Shown in pieces: positions 24,306 through 37,749 of a DNA stretch of 64,000 nt. The notes below the pieces were generated by a model that saw only the letters and a program-made list of their open reading frames with translations, was not told where the DNA came from and made no database searches. This stretch comes from Sphagnum compactum (Eukaryota): the NCBI GenBank assembly GCA_965153455.1, contig OZ234493.1, positions 32,416,213-32,480,212 on the forward strand. The letters are read 5' to 3'. Made by a program: the position numbers and the translations under genes. The stretch's first letter is position 1, and every line of letters begins with the position of its first letter.

Positions 24306-26953
24306 CTAGCTAATGAAACAGTCCCTTGGATTAGCAGAACCCTCGGAACCAGATGACTCTTCATGGCTGTCCATTTCCTCCTCCTCCTCATCATCATCAT
24401 CCATATCCAGATCTAGATCCAGATCTTCGTCAAATGCTTCACTTACATATAAATTGTCAGCTTCAGACTGAGATTGCAGTCGCCGGAAACGCAGCACATG
24501 TCTTAAGATATCTGGTGTCAGTGAGATGTGAGACCGGTTTTCTCTCCTACGTTTGTTTGTTGCCATCACCTACAATCAGCACAGCACAAGTTCTTATGAT
24601 TGGCATGCTTCAGATTCCAGTTCCATCTGCTACCATCACCAATTGAAACCAGTGTCACTTGCAGGTGCTAAGTATATTCTAGACCCAAAGACCAGTGGAA
24701 AATGGAGCAGAAGAAAACGCAAAGATGACATATGGTTGGTAAGTCCCTACATTAATGGAACTGACTCCTGTTACTGGATTCTACATACTGGTAGGTTTCT
24801 ATGTGTTCTGTTTTTCAGAGCATAGATTTCCTTTTCACTTTTGCCTTAGCATGTTAGTTGGTGTCATCTCATTTACTCCATATGTGAGACAAGACAAGGG
24901 GAGAGATAAATGGAGGATGTCAATCTGAGGTCAACAAGCCAAAAGAAGTCTCACCCTCTCTGCATCCTCTGGAAGAGGCAGAATTCTGTCAGCTGTTGGA
25001 GCCCACACTTTAATTGTGCTGTCAATACCACTCGTGGCAAGGATAGTGGCATGTGGGTGAGGTTCTAAGCAGTTCACCACTTGGCTGTCTCCTTGCATCA
25101 ATGCAATGAGCTTCCCTCCCATCTTCTTCCATATGAAAATCCGTCCACAGTCAGACCCACTAACCACATACTCCGTGTTGGGCCCGAAAAAATTCACACC
25201 TTTAACAGTTTTAGCATTTCGGTGGCCTTCGTAGACTTGTGGTTCAGGGAGTTTCGGATGGGGACCAATGACATTGTTGTCAATCCTTCCAGCTGCTGTT
25301 CCTTGGCTGCTGTTATCTATTGGGTTTGAACCCAAGCCCATTTCCTTGTCAAATAGGTAGATGAGCTCATCATTGTATGAGACCAGCAGTTCCTCTTGCT
25401 GTGAGAACGCAACGCATGTTATATGCACCTGACCTGCAAAACTTGCAGTCCCAGTTTAATAGACCACTCATTCAATGTCCAACAGTCTCTACTTGTATTC
25501 CTGCACAGCTTATGCAACACTAAAGTGGTTTTTGTATGTCTGCCTGGCAATGTTCATGGATGGAAAAAGCACAGGTGCCTGCAAACATATATGAGAACAT
25601 GGTGAAAATCTCATGCAGGTTAAGGTGGGAGCTTGCCTGTACCCAACAAGTGTTTGGGAGTGAAGGTATCAACAGGTTGATCATCATGTTCAGATGCACT
25701 GCTCATGATGCGACGAATGTCATAAACACGGGCAAACTCATCCAAGCCACCAACGGCAAAGTGATTCGAGTTCCGAGGATTGGTGACAATAGCATTAAGG
25801 CGCACAATATTGCGGCGATGCTTGCTGCCATGAGAACGGAAGCCATGGCACACAAACATGTTGGTAGTCTTCTCTGTTCGCAGATCAAACTGGAACAAAA
25901 ACAACAAAAAGACAGAGAGAGAAAGAGAACAAAAATGAGGAGAGAAAGAACAAAAGGACAAAACAATGAAGAAAGGGAGGAAAAAAAAAACTTTGCCATT
26001 TGATATATAGACAGCAAGCAAAACCCTTACTTGCCGCACAACACCATCTTCGCCACAACTATAGAATATGCGGGAACTTCCAGGCTCAACGGCGAGCTTG
26101 TGAGCACGTCCTCTGTGCTTGGCTAGCTTCTTTGTTTCCACCTGCCCACCTTCCAACACTTGGCCATACCGCACCTGAAGTACGTCATCCTTCCCGATAA
26201 GGAACTCAAAACAAGGAAGACAATCTAACACTCTGCTGAAGACCCTCTATGCAATGTCAATAATCGGTGCATAGTTGAGGTACGAGCAGGTCATGTGCTT
26301 CTCCTTGTTTGCAGGCAATTCACAAGTGAAGAAAACCACCATTGTGTGTGCTTGCTTTCTGTGCCTGAGGCAAGTCACTCCCTCTCACAACAATTCATGA
26401 AGCTTACACACACACAGAGCTGGAGAGTTTGGCATTATTACCTGACCATCTGCTGCACAGCTGATGATCACTCGGTCATCAGAATATGGCATCATTCTGG
26501 CCTGAAACACATTGCCGTCATGACCAGAAGCATAGGAGAGTCTCTTCCTCTCCACCGCCCAATTCCACAACACAATCTCCTTGTCGTCTGATCCAGAAAC
26601 CAAGGTCTCACCAGTGGCATTGAAGTGCACTGTATTGACACAGCCATCATGACCTTCCAATGTTGCATCCAATTTCAAGCGCTTAATGAAATCCTGCATG
26701 GCATTCCAAAACCCTGATTCAGATGATGAGCCCGCAGGGCAACTGACAAACATACTAAACCCTAAACACAACCAGGCAAAGAAAGCAAGTAAGCAAGCAA
26801 GCAAGCAACAGTGAGGCATCAATCAAGGCTTCTTCGCATACATACTTCACATCCTCCGATCACACGTGCAAAGGAATTGGGCTGTAGATCACCAATTTGT
26901 CGTCTCCAATGCTCCTCCAGCCCACATCTGTACAGTGGCTGTGAATGATGCAT
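24306..26953 (-). CDS. DCAF8: DDB1- and CUL4-associated factor 8-like WD40 protein; ~499 aa, 6 exons
   Basis: Exons 26953-26846, 26693-26442, 26174-26031, 25889-25637, 25433-24955, 24569-24306 (total 1500 nt). Motifs: LEGHDGCVNTVHFN..LVSGSDD, SGHDGNVFQARMMP, HRGRAHKLAVEPGS..FYSCGEDG, DEFARVYDIR, YEGHRNAKTVKGVNFFGPNTEYVVSGSDCGRIFIW, VVNCLEPHP..LATSGID. The start codon is tentative. Confidence 0.9.
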
Positions 26954-28567
26954 CTCTTCCTCACAATTCTTCCTTTTGTTGTTGCTGGTAGTTGCTCCTG
27001 CTGCTGCTGCTTCTGAATTCCTCCTGATGGGTTCTCTCCTCCTGTACTAGTTTACTATTGCACCAAAGGATCCTGAACATAATGGTTGAAAACCAATCAG
27101 AAACAACTGAGAAAAGGGGTCGTTGTTGTGGGTTGATCACAACTCCAGCTTCTTCAACCCAACATGAAGAAGAAGACTACTACTTCATTCCAGGTTCTCC
27201 CCAATCTTCTTTTGGAGGTTTCTCTTTCTGAAGCTGCATCCAGGCAAGAGTCCCAACTGCTTCATCACTGTTTCTTCTTCTTCTTCTTCTTCTTCTTTCT
27301 CTGTCTCTGTCTCTCTGCGTCTTTGTTTTCCTTCCCCCTCTTCTTATCCTACGTATAACCAAAGATCTCTACAAGCCTAACAAGGATTGTAGCTTCTGAT
27401 CAACGAATGCCCATCCCCACAATTGGAGAAAGAAGACCATGACCCAACGACACCCATGGCTCTCTTTCTTCCCTTACTAGAGCTTGCTGCACATGCACAT
27501 GCACAAGAAGACAATCAACAATCTGACAGTTCCGTGCACAACACGAATTTTGTTGCAAACTACCCTCTATCTCACTCTCGGTATGGATTAGGGATCAATT
27601 CAGGCCCGGATGTTAGTTAGGTCTGGAATGGTGTGCAGGCGCCCTCACCGAGTACTGACGGATTCTCTCTCTCTCTCTCCGCGTATTGGAGATTGGGAAA
27701 TGACTAAATCACTGATCATGCCCTTTGTTTATGCAACTTTGGATTCTAATTTAGGGTTCAATCTTTCTGCCCCGATCAACACCAGCTGACGCAGGAAGAA
27801 AAAGCTCAAACAAGGAATGGAGAAGGAAGATGGAAAACGCATAAAATACTCTAGAACAGCTCTGTGTGTGTTTATCTCCTTATTGCTGCTGGCTGGCTTG
27901 ACTATTCTGGAAACATCCTGAAGCTGCAAGCATAGGCACACAGTTGCTCCTTTTGCCATTCCAGTATGGGCTTGCTTGATTGTCGTCTCCTGAATGTGCG
28001 AAAGGTATGTCTGAAGTACATGAACCTCTCTAAAATCCATAACGCAACTTCTCATTTCAAGCATTTTACTTGAACAATCTTGTTGGTAGCATTCAGAACA
28101 TCATCAAGCTGTAGTCTACAATTTTCTAATCCATCTGGTTTTCTACTACTCTGAGACTCTGGTTTTTCTTTTTTGTAGCAAATTCTGCACTAAAGGAGCT
28201 TGTTGGGTTTGGGAGTCTTCTTCATAGTGGTATGGACCTCTTGGCTGCTATTGGGATGTAGGCGACGAATTGGAGCTGGATTGACAGAGAAGAGATAGGT
28301 GTACAGAATGTTCTAGAGAATTAATTCAAGGAACCGGCAGGCTCGAAGCTTTAGGGTCCGATCCTGAAGCTTAAGGGCCGCAGAGAAGCTGCGGGCAGGG
28401 GTGCTGCGAGGGTAGCGAGCTCGCGAGAGAGACGACGCGAGAGCTGTGCGATTGATAGCATCAGAAGAGGTGCTTTGCGGGGGTGGGAGAGGGGGAACTC
28501 AGATAGGTGTACAGAAAGTGGGTGTTTGAAGAGCTTATGAATCTTGAAGTGAAGGTGGATCATTATT

Positions 28568-31255
28568 ATGGCCAACAGCAAGTATGAGTATGTGAAAGGA
28601 TTTGAGCAAAATGATACCCTTCTGCCACAGACTTGGATTGTGATTCGAGTCGATGGGCGAGCCTTCACCAGGTTCTGCTCTTGTTTTCTTTTTTAGAAGT
28701 CTGCTTTGCATTTCTTGTCTTGGTCTTCTTTTCTCCTGGATGTGCATGGCGCAGTTTTTTTCACCAGCTCTCCATCTCTCTACATTCTCTTGGTTATGCT
28801 GTTCATGGTTTGCAACAGTTGATTGTACTGGATTGGCCACTTTCTGCATTCTGGTACATTGCAGAAAAATCTACATTGGCTGAATTCCATCTTTCACTTT
28901 CATTTTGTCATGGATGGTGGAGGGACTGATGAGATGGAGGGAATGAGGGTGGTGACAGATTCTCACAGGTTCATGGCTTTGAAAAGCCAAATGACATGCA
29001 AGCACTCTTGCTGATGAATGAGTGTGCGAAGGCTGTTCTGGAGGACATCTCTGATGTTGTGTTTTGCTATGGTGTCAGTGATGAATACAGGTCTCTTCAT
29101 TCATCAGATGTCTGGGTTTTGCAATATCTGGAGTTTGGTGTGTGTGTATTTTTACAGTCTCCTAAAGACACTTGCTTAGATCATTTGCCTAATGCCATTC
29201 CACCTTTGTAGTTTTGCTTCATGTGGAATTGTTGAATCAAATCTTTCTTGGACAGTTCAATGTGTTGTGACAGTATAGATCAGCGCCTATCTAGTCTAGG
29301 TCTGCTTCTGTCTTTCTTGCTTCCCATTCCTCAGCATTTGTAGGAGCGGGCAGCTTATCAGATGATCAAGTAGATGTGCACAAAATCTGAAACTTGCTAG
29401 TAATGGTGGCATTTGCCAGTTTTGTATTGCGGAGAACCTGCACCCTTTATCAACGTCGTGCAAGGTAAATCTCATTCACCGGTTTTCCCCTTTCATGTGT
29501 TGTATTAGGTTGGGAACAAAAACAGAAAAACTTCACCAAAAATAAGCAACAGAAGTGTGCATCTGATGCAGTATGTACTATCTTATCTTTCATGTGTTGC
29601 ATAAGAATTGTGTATATGGGACTTATTCTGTCCAACTGACATTCTCTTTCCAAATTTTCCAGCAAGCTGATTTCACTTGTAGTGTCACTTTTCTCTGCAT
29701 CATATGCAATGAAATGGACCCAGTTTTTTCCAGAGACAGAATTGCAGTATGCAGCCACATTTGATGGCAGGGCAGTATGTTATCCATCTGAAAGTATTCT
29801 CCGGGACTACCTTTCTTGGCGCCAAGTTGATTGTGAGCAACTTACTTAAGCCACTCAGTTATGTATGATGCAAAATTATGGCAGAATATTGTATGCTTAT
29901 CTACACCCAATCTTGGGAACTGATGAACTCGATGGGGAGTCGTGATGATGAGAGTGATGGTGTGACACTTTGTGAGCAATGCTCATAAGTTTATGACCCC
30001 ACTCATGGTTGTGTTACCTTCAAACTTTTGTTGTGGAGTTTCTCTCCACAACTTCATAGATATGCAAATTGTGTTGGAATCTGTATTCTTAACTTCATCA
30101 TTTCAACTTTCCAAGCAAAAGGAAAATACTTCAACCTTCAACTCACCAGAAGCAATCTAAAGGCAATCTGACACTCAAGTGACACTTGGTCACCAGATCA
30201 GATCACTCCTTTTTTTGTCACATGCTAGTTTGGTTGTCTTGCATGTCAAGTTTCCCCATCTGTTACTCACCATCTACAACAAGTAGCATCAAGTGCACTG
30301 AGCAAGGGAGATTTGATGGGAGGTTGGCAGGCCATATAAATAATCAGTATAATACCTGCTTTTGGAAGCTTGTGGGCTCTGGGATGAGCACTGCAGAAGC
30401 CCAGAACACTTTGAAGGTCAGCACTCTGTCTGAGGAGGTGCCAGAGACATCAATGTACTATGTGCAAAGTTTCTGCATCCATTTGCGCATGAGTTTAGTA
30501 TGACATAGCAACACTGCCTGGGTGCTAGCCAAGATCATGACAGAGACTTCCCATTTTGACAGAATCTTAGGATGCAGATTTTTTTTTCTTTCTTTTTTGC
30601 ACAAAAGGTTGAGCAGATTATTATTCACTTATGCACACTCACTGTTGTGAGCTGATGAGTCAGTGGTGAGTAATTGCAATGACTAGCTGACAGTCGCTGG
30701 TTACCTTCAAAGTGTTGTTTTGGAGTTTTCTCAGCAATCTGATGGATGTACTATGAGTGACCTGCAGGGAACAACAGCTGATGTGAAGAACAACCTGTTA
30801 TTTGAGAAGTTTAACATCAACTACAATAACATTCCACCAATTTTCCGCAAGGGGTCAATTGCATATCGGAAACAGGTGAGTATTGCCAGATGCACACATC
30901 ATCATGAAGGATTTTTATCCGTGTGATTTTGTAAAACTATTCAGGGGAGAAGTAGTCAGTGGGGTAGTCAGTCGACAAGTCAACTGCATGATGTCATGTA
31001 AACTTATTGATTAGTCTGAATCCAAAATGGATCTGTGGTGATGCTGGGTGGTTCCAGATGGATGAAGTAGTTAAGGTGGAGAAAGGGGAGGTTATCAAAA
31101 GGTTACGAGCCCACATTGTAGTTGAACATGAGGATATTATACATGATGGATTTTGGACAGCACATTCATACATCCTTGCTGTGGGCAGTAAGAATAAGCA
31201 GCAACAGGCTCTCCCACGACCTGCCAAGCCTCAACTCCCCTCATCTCTTCCTTGA
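28568..31255 (+). CDS. THG1: tRNA(His) guanylyltransferase; ~280 aa, 7 exons
   Basis: Exons 28568-28671, 28959-29090, 29420-29464, 29663-29832, 30331-30416, 30768-30875, 31058-31255 (total 843 nt). Motifs: [96 protein letters not shown]. Confidence 0.93.
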
Positions 31256-32756
31256 ATTGCAAATTTGTGGTTATTTTATGAGGCATGCAGCTTAACTTAG
31301 TCGAAGTCATACATCCCTCACTGATGCCACTTGACCTGAATCTTGACATTGCAGATTATGCTGGATCATCCAGTTATCACAACTATGATTGTGTATTCCC
31401 AGTTATCAGATGCAGTCCACAATCAGTGCTGAAAGTCAATGCTCTTGAGATTTCAGTTTTCCACAACCGACCACATGTTTCCCTGAAATATTTAGATCTT
31501 ATGCTGCTATTTGAAAGTGGTAGCAGGAGGGCCCTTATGCCTAACATTCCTAAATAGTAGACATAAGGTCCCTCCAACTCCTACCACCTTGTGATCTACA
31601 CATGTTTAGGCTTCCAATAAGGTTCACCTCATGTCCTACATTAGTCCACAGACGGGCAACATTCTCAAAATGCAGAGCTAGATTCAACTTCTTGCATTTT
31701 CTATAACTTCTTCCCTTCTTCTCGAGAATGTTCCACATTTTCTATCGGTTCGGTCCAATGGTGATTGAATCAATATATGGGCTGCAATTGAGCATCTATA
31801 GAGCCCACAAGCTTTGAACATTGCATTGAGTTTCCCCTTATTTCATGATGAGGTTCGTGTTGTTGCTACAAGTAAAATATTTTGTTGCTCCAAATTGAGT
31901 TCATTGAAGAAAACTCTGTTGGCTAACATGGTGGGAGAGCCTCCATGACTGCACAGCCAAGTTTGGCATGCTAGTAATGACAATGCTCTAGCAGCACAGG
32001 TTTTCATTGAACCTCAAATTGATAGACTGCTTATCAATTTGAATTCATGTAATTGCTTGTATCCAATGCCACTGACCTTTGTAATTCTGTAAGTCATAAT
32101 TCATAATCTGAAGGAGCCATGATATGAATGCTATTATTGTATGCTTTAAACAAGTACGAAATATTTTACAAGACAGTTCAAACGGTTTATCTTAAGTCAG
32201 AACGAACAGATTTAGGTGGCAGGGAACAATACACACAGCTTGAATGTGCAGACAGACAACATTAACCCATGAAGTCAGGATTGATCAACCACCTCATGCT
32301 CTAATAATTGTAATAACCTGAATCTAAACCCTAAACCCATGCTCTAACTGAAAGACCATTGCACGTCCATGTGCTTCAAAGTTCATTGCAAACATCCCAG
32401 ACAAAGAATTGTGAACCTTTGTGATTTCAAAAAACCTGACTAAAACTTGCACATCTAGCAGTAGGTCTACTGTAATGCAAACCTTGACTCTTGTTGAGAA
32501 CCCCAAAAAAATTCCTCATCAGACAATGCCGAATGATGAAGGGGCAGCATACAGGAAACTTTTCCTGGCATATACATATCAGAAGTAGCCCCATGTTTCC
32601 AGCTTGAACCATCCCTCAATTGTGGATGGCTGTGGATGAAAGCCAATAGCTAGCCCACACTCTTTCAGAGCACCACATTTCAAGGCTGCAGACTGAATTG
32701 TTAAATGGACAGGCCACAGTGCACAGATTCCAAACACATGCAGGATGTATGGAACT

Positions 32757-35700
32757 TCATGCGTGACCTCTAGGGGTTGTGCCACTAAACAATAGATCAT
32801 CCGGTCCAAGAAGTGCCACCTGTCAGCATGATCATAGTTGGTGCAATTTTAGAATATACAACAATCCTAAAGAATTAAGAGGCTGGCTCATCCCTGGCCT
32901 CAAATGCTGAGCAAAGACTTAACTATTGCCAAAAGTACCGTGTAGGATGACTGCTTTACTAGCAGCATGCAGTTCTCACAGAGATTCATGATTGAACTGG
33001 GTAAATCAGGAAAATGAAAATACTAAGGCTACAGCTTACATTCTGGTCACTTGCAAATCGCCTTGATAGCATGATGGCAGCATTCCGTTCCCTTTCAGAC
33101 TCCAACACAAGCATCAAGCTAAGGCCTTTATTTGCAACCCAGTATAAAGATCGCATCACTGCCTGACCCCCTCCTCGTGCTCCACAAAGCTGCATATCCC
33201 ACTGCCTTATGAGAGAGTATACAGCAACAAGGAGCAACAAATGTCAGCCATTTCACAGGAAGGACATCTCTAATTGAGTCTAATCAGAAATGTGTCCTCT
33301 ATGGGATATTGGACCACTGCTCAAACATTGCTGCATTGAGGGGTTGGGCCCTGTGACCTAGCAACATCTTCTGCCATTGTGTTGCAAATCCTCCATGATG
33401 ACATGTACATGACATGGACAGGCTGGGAACTTTGACCTTCAAGGTCATTTTTGAGTTACTCTGACTCTCAGTCAAAGTTTTTCTGTCTTGCATTTCATCT
33501 TCTCTTTTTTGAACCCTTATACCCACAGTGCAAGCATTGGCAGGTTTGCTTCTAAAAACAATTGAATTCCTTAATTATTTTGTGCTGATGATGTGTATGC
33601 CCAATTATATGGGAGGACAATGTCAACCCAGATAATGGAGGAGTAGTCTTCTTTCGCCTTGGTTGTGCGGCCTTTGAAAAGTGTAATCTGATTCCGCTCC
33701 ACACGAAGAACATGAAGCAAAGGCTTCCCAAGAATCTCCCCATTTTGCTGGACTAGCCTCACCTGCAGTAGCAATGGAGTCCCCACTCACAGTCAATGTC
33801 TTACATAGTCCTAACAATAGCTTAGGACTGACCTCATTCAACAGAAATCACCAAGCATGAAGTTTAACAAAGAAACTCACATTGAATTCAGCACCACCTT
33901 TTTTGAAAAGAGCCTCCACAAAGTTGTCAAGCCCTGGAGCTGCATTGACCCCCAGGACACTGTTATATAATCAGACTAGCACCCTCCAATCCAAAGCATG
34001 GATAGGAGCTGCCTTTCCTGTTCACAGAGAACCTTCTTCAAACTTGGTCTCACAGGAATATAAATGAATACTAGGCACAAAGGGTCCCGTCTATTGGTTA
34101 CAAGAAAGTCAAACATCCAGATACCTCAGCAGAATGATGAATTTTTCTGTCTTCCTGAATGTCAACATTGCAGGAATATTGGCACCAGATCCTGATAGAT
34201 TTTCAGGGCCAAAGAGAGGATTTTCTAGGATACTTGAAAAGCAGTGATTTTGATTTCACCATTCACAAATGAGTCATTTTGTTAATATGTACCTGCATCT
34301 AAAGGTCCTGAAGTTGAAAGGATCTCCTGTTTGCCACCTGGCAGAATAAGGCCTACCCGCAAGATCCAGCCTACATCAAAAGGTTCCGGTGCATATTGAG
34401 GCCTGGTGGCACCTGCAACCACTCACAAATAAAAGTGTGAAGATGCAAGTTAATAATCCTTATGCATGCAAAAGAGCAATTTCTGGTGTGGTCTCCTGCA
34501 GTCACCATCCAGAAATAACTGCATTGGCCTGCACTCCCTGAGTTGTGCAGCTTGAACTAAGACATGAGACGACCTAACTACTTTGGGGTGCCAGTAAAAT
34601 TGTCCCCATTTTGACAGAAATAGGCAGAAAGATCAAAGTTTGGTTTGTTCCTCAGTTGCATGACCTCCCCTACTACAGTGTGATGCTCACCTGTTATAGG
34701 CCCACCCTTGCTCCTGTCAGCTGACTCACGATGCCACTGAATGGTGCATGTGGAGATATCAAGCCCATTTTCTTCAAGCGGAGAGATTATGAGAGACGCT
34801 CCAAGCCGCTCCTCCCCCTGCAGCTCATAATGTCCTGGCTGCCCTACACGTTTTGCAGCCACCAACTGCCATCCCAGAACCCAGTCGGTTGTGCTACTCC
34901 ATGTCTGCCTGATGAGAAGGGCAGCAACTTCTCCAGGGTGTACTGAAAGAATGCACATTTGAGTCCCAAAAAGCACCCACGAAGTCAATGTGCCCAGAAA
35001 GTTCCTCTTAAGAAAGAACTACGTTTCTCATCCAATCTATAGCACATATGATTCCCATCTGTAAGAAAGAAAACCTAATAGTTGTGGCAGAAGAAGGGTG
35101 TACCTCTTTGCGCAGATGTATTAGTTCAACAGTCTTCTGAGTTAGCTGCTGCCGCAAACCTTCAATCTCAAACTCCATGTCCATTGTCTGCCAATTCCAA
35201 GCACCTTGCTTCTTTCAAAGACTGGTGGGCCAAGAGAATAGATCAGTGTTAAAATCCTAATTGTTTTGGTCAAGTGTAATTATTGGGGACATCGATTTCA
35301 AGATATGCATATAAAGCTTAACTAGAAGTAACAAAGACCTTGCTGGGTTCATGAAGCATTTTAATCCTCTGGGCTTCTGTGATTTCTTTTCTCATCTCCT
35401 CAAGCTCCTGCATCCATTCAGATGTATTATAATCATTAACACAGGGATTGAGCTTCAGCAGAGTAAGCTTAACACTCCCCACTCCAGTTCAAGAGAAGGG
35501 AAAGAAATCAGGTCCAAATGACTCGTTGTTGGACATTGCAGATAACCAATCAATAGCCAACTGGAAAGCTTATTTCAAGAGCATACTTTTTACAGAAAAA
35601 TAATTCTTCTACATGTTTCCTTAGTACTCCTTTCCTTGCACCAAGATTCCCATAGTTTACAACTATCAAATTCCAGCTGTTGAGAGAAGACAAAGTTTAC

Positions 35701-37749
35701 CGATGTTTTACACACATTGAAAGCTCCATTGTTAACAAAAGACGATCAAACAACCACAGCTGTTCATTTTATATCCAAAATTGAGCCCATGACAACCTTA
35801 CTTGAAAAAGTATATTTTAATAGAGCTAAATTGTGTTCAGGCATACCTGGACCCAAAGCCCAGATAGCAAAATTTCCTAGCATCTTGTCCTAACCCTCAA
35901 AGTTAAGATTGAGATGGAGTGAAGTTCATACTTCTTGTCATGACCATTTGCAGTGGAACAGGAACTACCATGTCTCTGGCCAGTTATAGCATCATACATA
36001 GAATGCAGCATGGACATAAGCATGCAAAGTCCCAACTCCATGTCCACATATTGCCAACTGGACAAGATCCACCAATAATTTCCTGTGTACTTTTAGGGGA
36101 TCAACCAAAAATAGACCAAACAGAGGTGAATTCAGAAAGATATTTGAGAGGGTAGCAGATCCACTGCACCTGTTTATCTACACTGCCCACCGACTCAGCC
36201 TGCTCCATAAGGGAAGCTTTAACATGCAGAACAGTAGCATGAGCTGCCTCCACTTCAGAATATGCATTAGCCTGTGCCTCCTCCACCATCCTCTTTGCAT
36301 CATTCGATACCTGCCCATCCTCACACCACCTTGCACACATGCCTAAGATGAATTTCCAATTTTCTGTGCAGAAAAGAGACTCCAGAAATTTGGAGTACAG
36401 AGACCAGGGCAAGGCACACCTGCTTGAACAGAGCAGCCTGCTTTCTTACATCTTGCTCCAGCTCACTCTCCTTTTGTGTCCATTTAGCCTTCATCACTTC
36501 GACCTGATATCAAAACCAGTGACAGAATTAACCTTTCATTGTGCCCTTTCACACCTTCAAGTCATGCAAGGTCTGAGCAGCTAGAGCATGACAAAATATG
36601 GGGGCAGGGAGGTATGAAGAGGTACAAGGGAGAGTGCTTCTGTGACATCATCCTTGTTTCTTCCAGCAACACGACCTGCAAGTTCACCTAGTAAACCACG
36701 GAGCTGCTTCATAATTGCCGGCAACTCCATCAAGCCCACCTCCTGCACTTTGAGCTGCCATCACCATCCCAACAGCAGTTGTCACAGGGAATAAACTCAC
36801 ATTCAAGTCTTTAAGAAAAAACTAAGTGGCATGCATAGTCAATACAAAAACATCTGAACATGAGCAGGAAAAATTTGGAGCTTACCTTTTCACAATCCCG
36901 CAGGTTCCCACTAGTACGCCTGAGGGAGCTTCGGAAGGGTGGGGGCCCATCACCACCAGGGTTTTTAGTTGGAATGGAGCTGTGTACATGTGTGTGCCCA
37001 TGTGTATGATCACATTGATGGCCACGGTGTTTAACTTCGTTGGAACTGCTCAGTGTCTGCAAAATTTGACAGATATATCCATCATTCATGGCAACATATC
37101 CTCAAATTCAGGAAGAACTGATGCAAGTATATGACAGTTACATGCCACACACAGAAACCAAAAGCCAAGAGGCATGAAATCAGGGGAAGAGAGCATGTAG
37201 TACATTCAACACACATGAATTCTTGTGATTTCTTCAAAATTGTAGGATTACTGTTTTCTTTTGGAGGAAAATTCTTAAATTTTTTTGATAAACCATCCTG
37301 ACATATGCCAATTCTGAGATGAAAGCTAAAATAGATAAAGTAGAAATTCAAGCCAAGATAAGATGCAAGGTGCCCGGGAGCGCAGCAACAGCTAGGTTTT
37401 TTTTGTTTTTTTCCTAAACTACAACTAGCAATGAAGTAAGGCTTCAAGAAGACTTGATAAGACCCGAGGAGCAGCTTCAAGACAACGAATGCGATCAGGA
37501 AAAATATGATTCAAAAAAGTGTTAGGGTGGGGTGCAGTTGGCCAATGACAGGTTTAGCTCAGGGAATACACATACCTCGTCTTCAAGAAGCTTTGCAGCA
37601 GCAGCTTGTCCGCTTTCAAATTGCGTGGCCAAATCGCGAACTGAAAGCCGACGCTCCAACAATTCCAAATCCGCTGCTTCTTTATCCGCAAGCACTCTAG
37701 CCTGGGATTGCACGCCATCGACCGCGTCGTACATATTCCTCGACGACAT
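32757..37749 (-). CDS. SCAB: Stomatal closure-related actin-binding protein (SCAB family); ~13 exons
   Basis: Exons in order: 37749-37576 (ERRLSVRDLATQFE..AAAAKL), putative extra exon 37056-36886, 36754-36626 (GRVAGRNKDDV), ~36503-36420, ~36310-36170, ~35408-35339 (EAQRIKMLHEPSK), ~35187-35104 (MDMEFE), ~34865-34692 (Ig domain, IQWHR), ~34412-34293 (GATRPQYAPEPFDVG), ~33941-33881, ~33762-33628, ~33190-33041 (LCGARGGG..ESERERNAAIMLSRRFA), 32819-32757 (LLGPDD..stop). The start codon is tentative. Confidence 0.88.

Noticed and set aside
26961..27080. 39-codon uORF ending 7 nt before the DCAF8 start codon
   Set aside because: Its ATG lies in TTATGTTCAG, which looks like the end of a 5' UTR intron, so it is probably spliced out. 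Cannot be resolved without transcripts.
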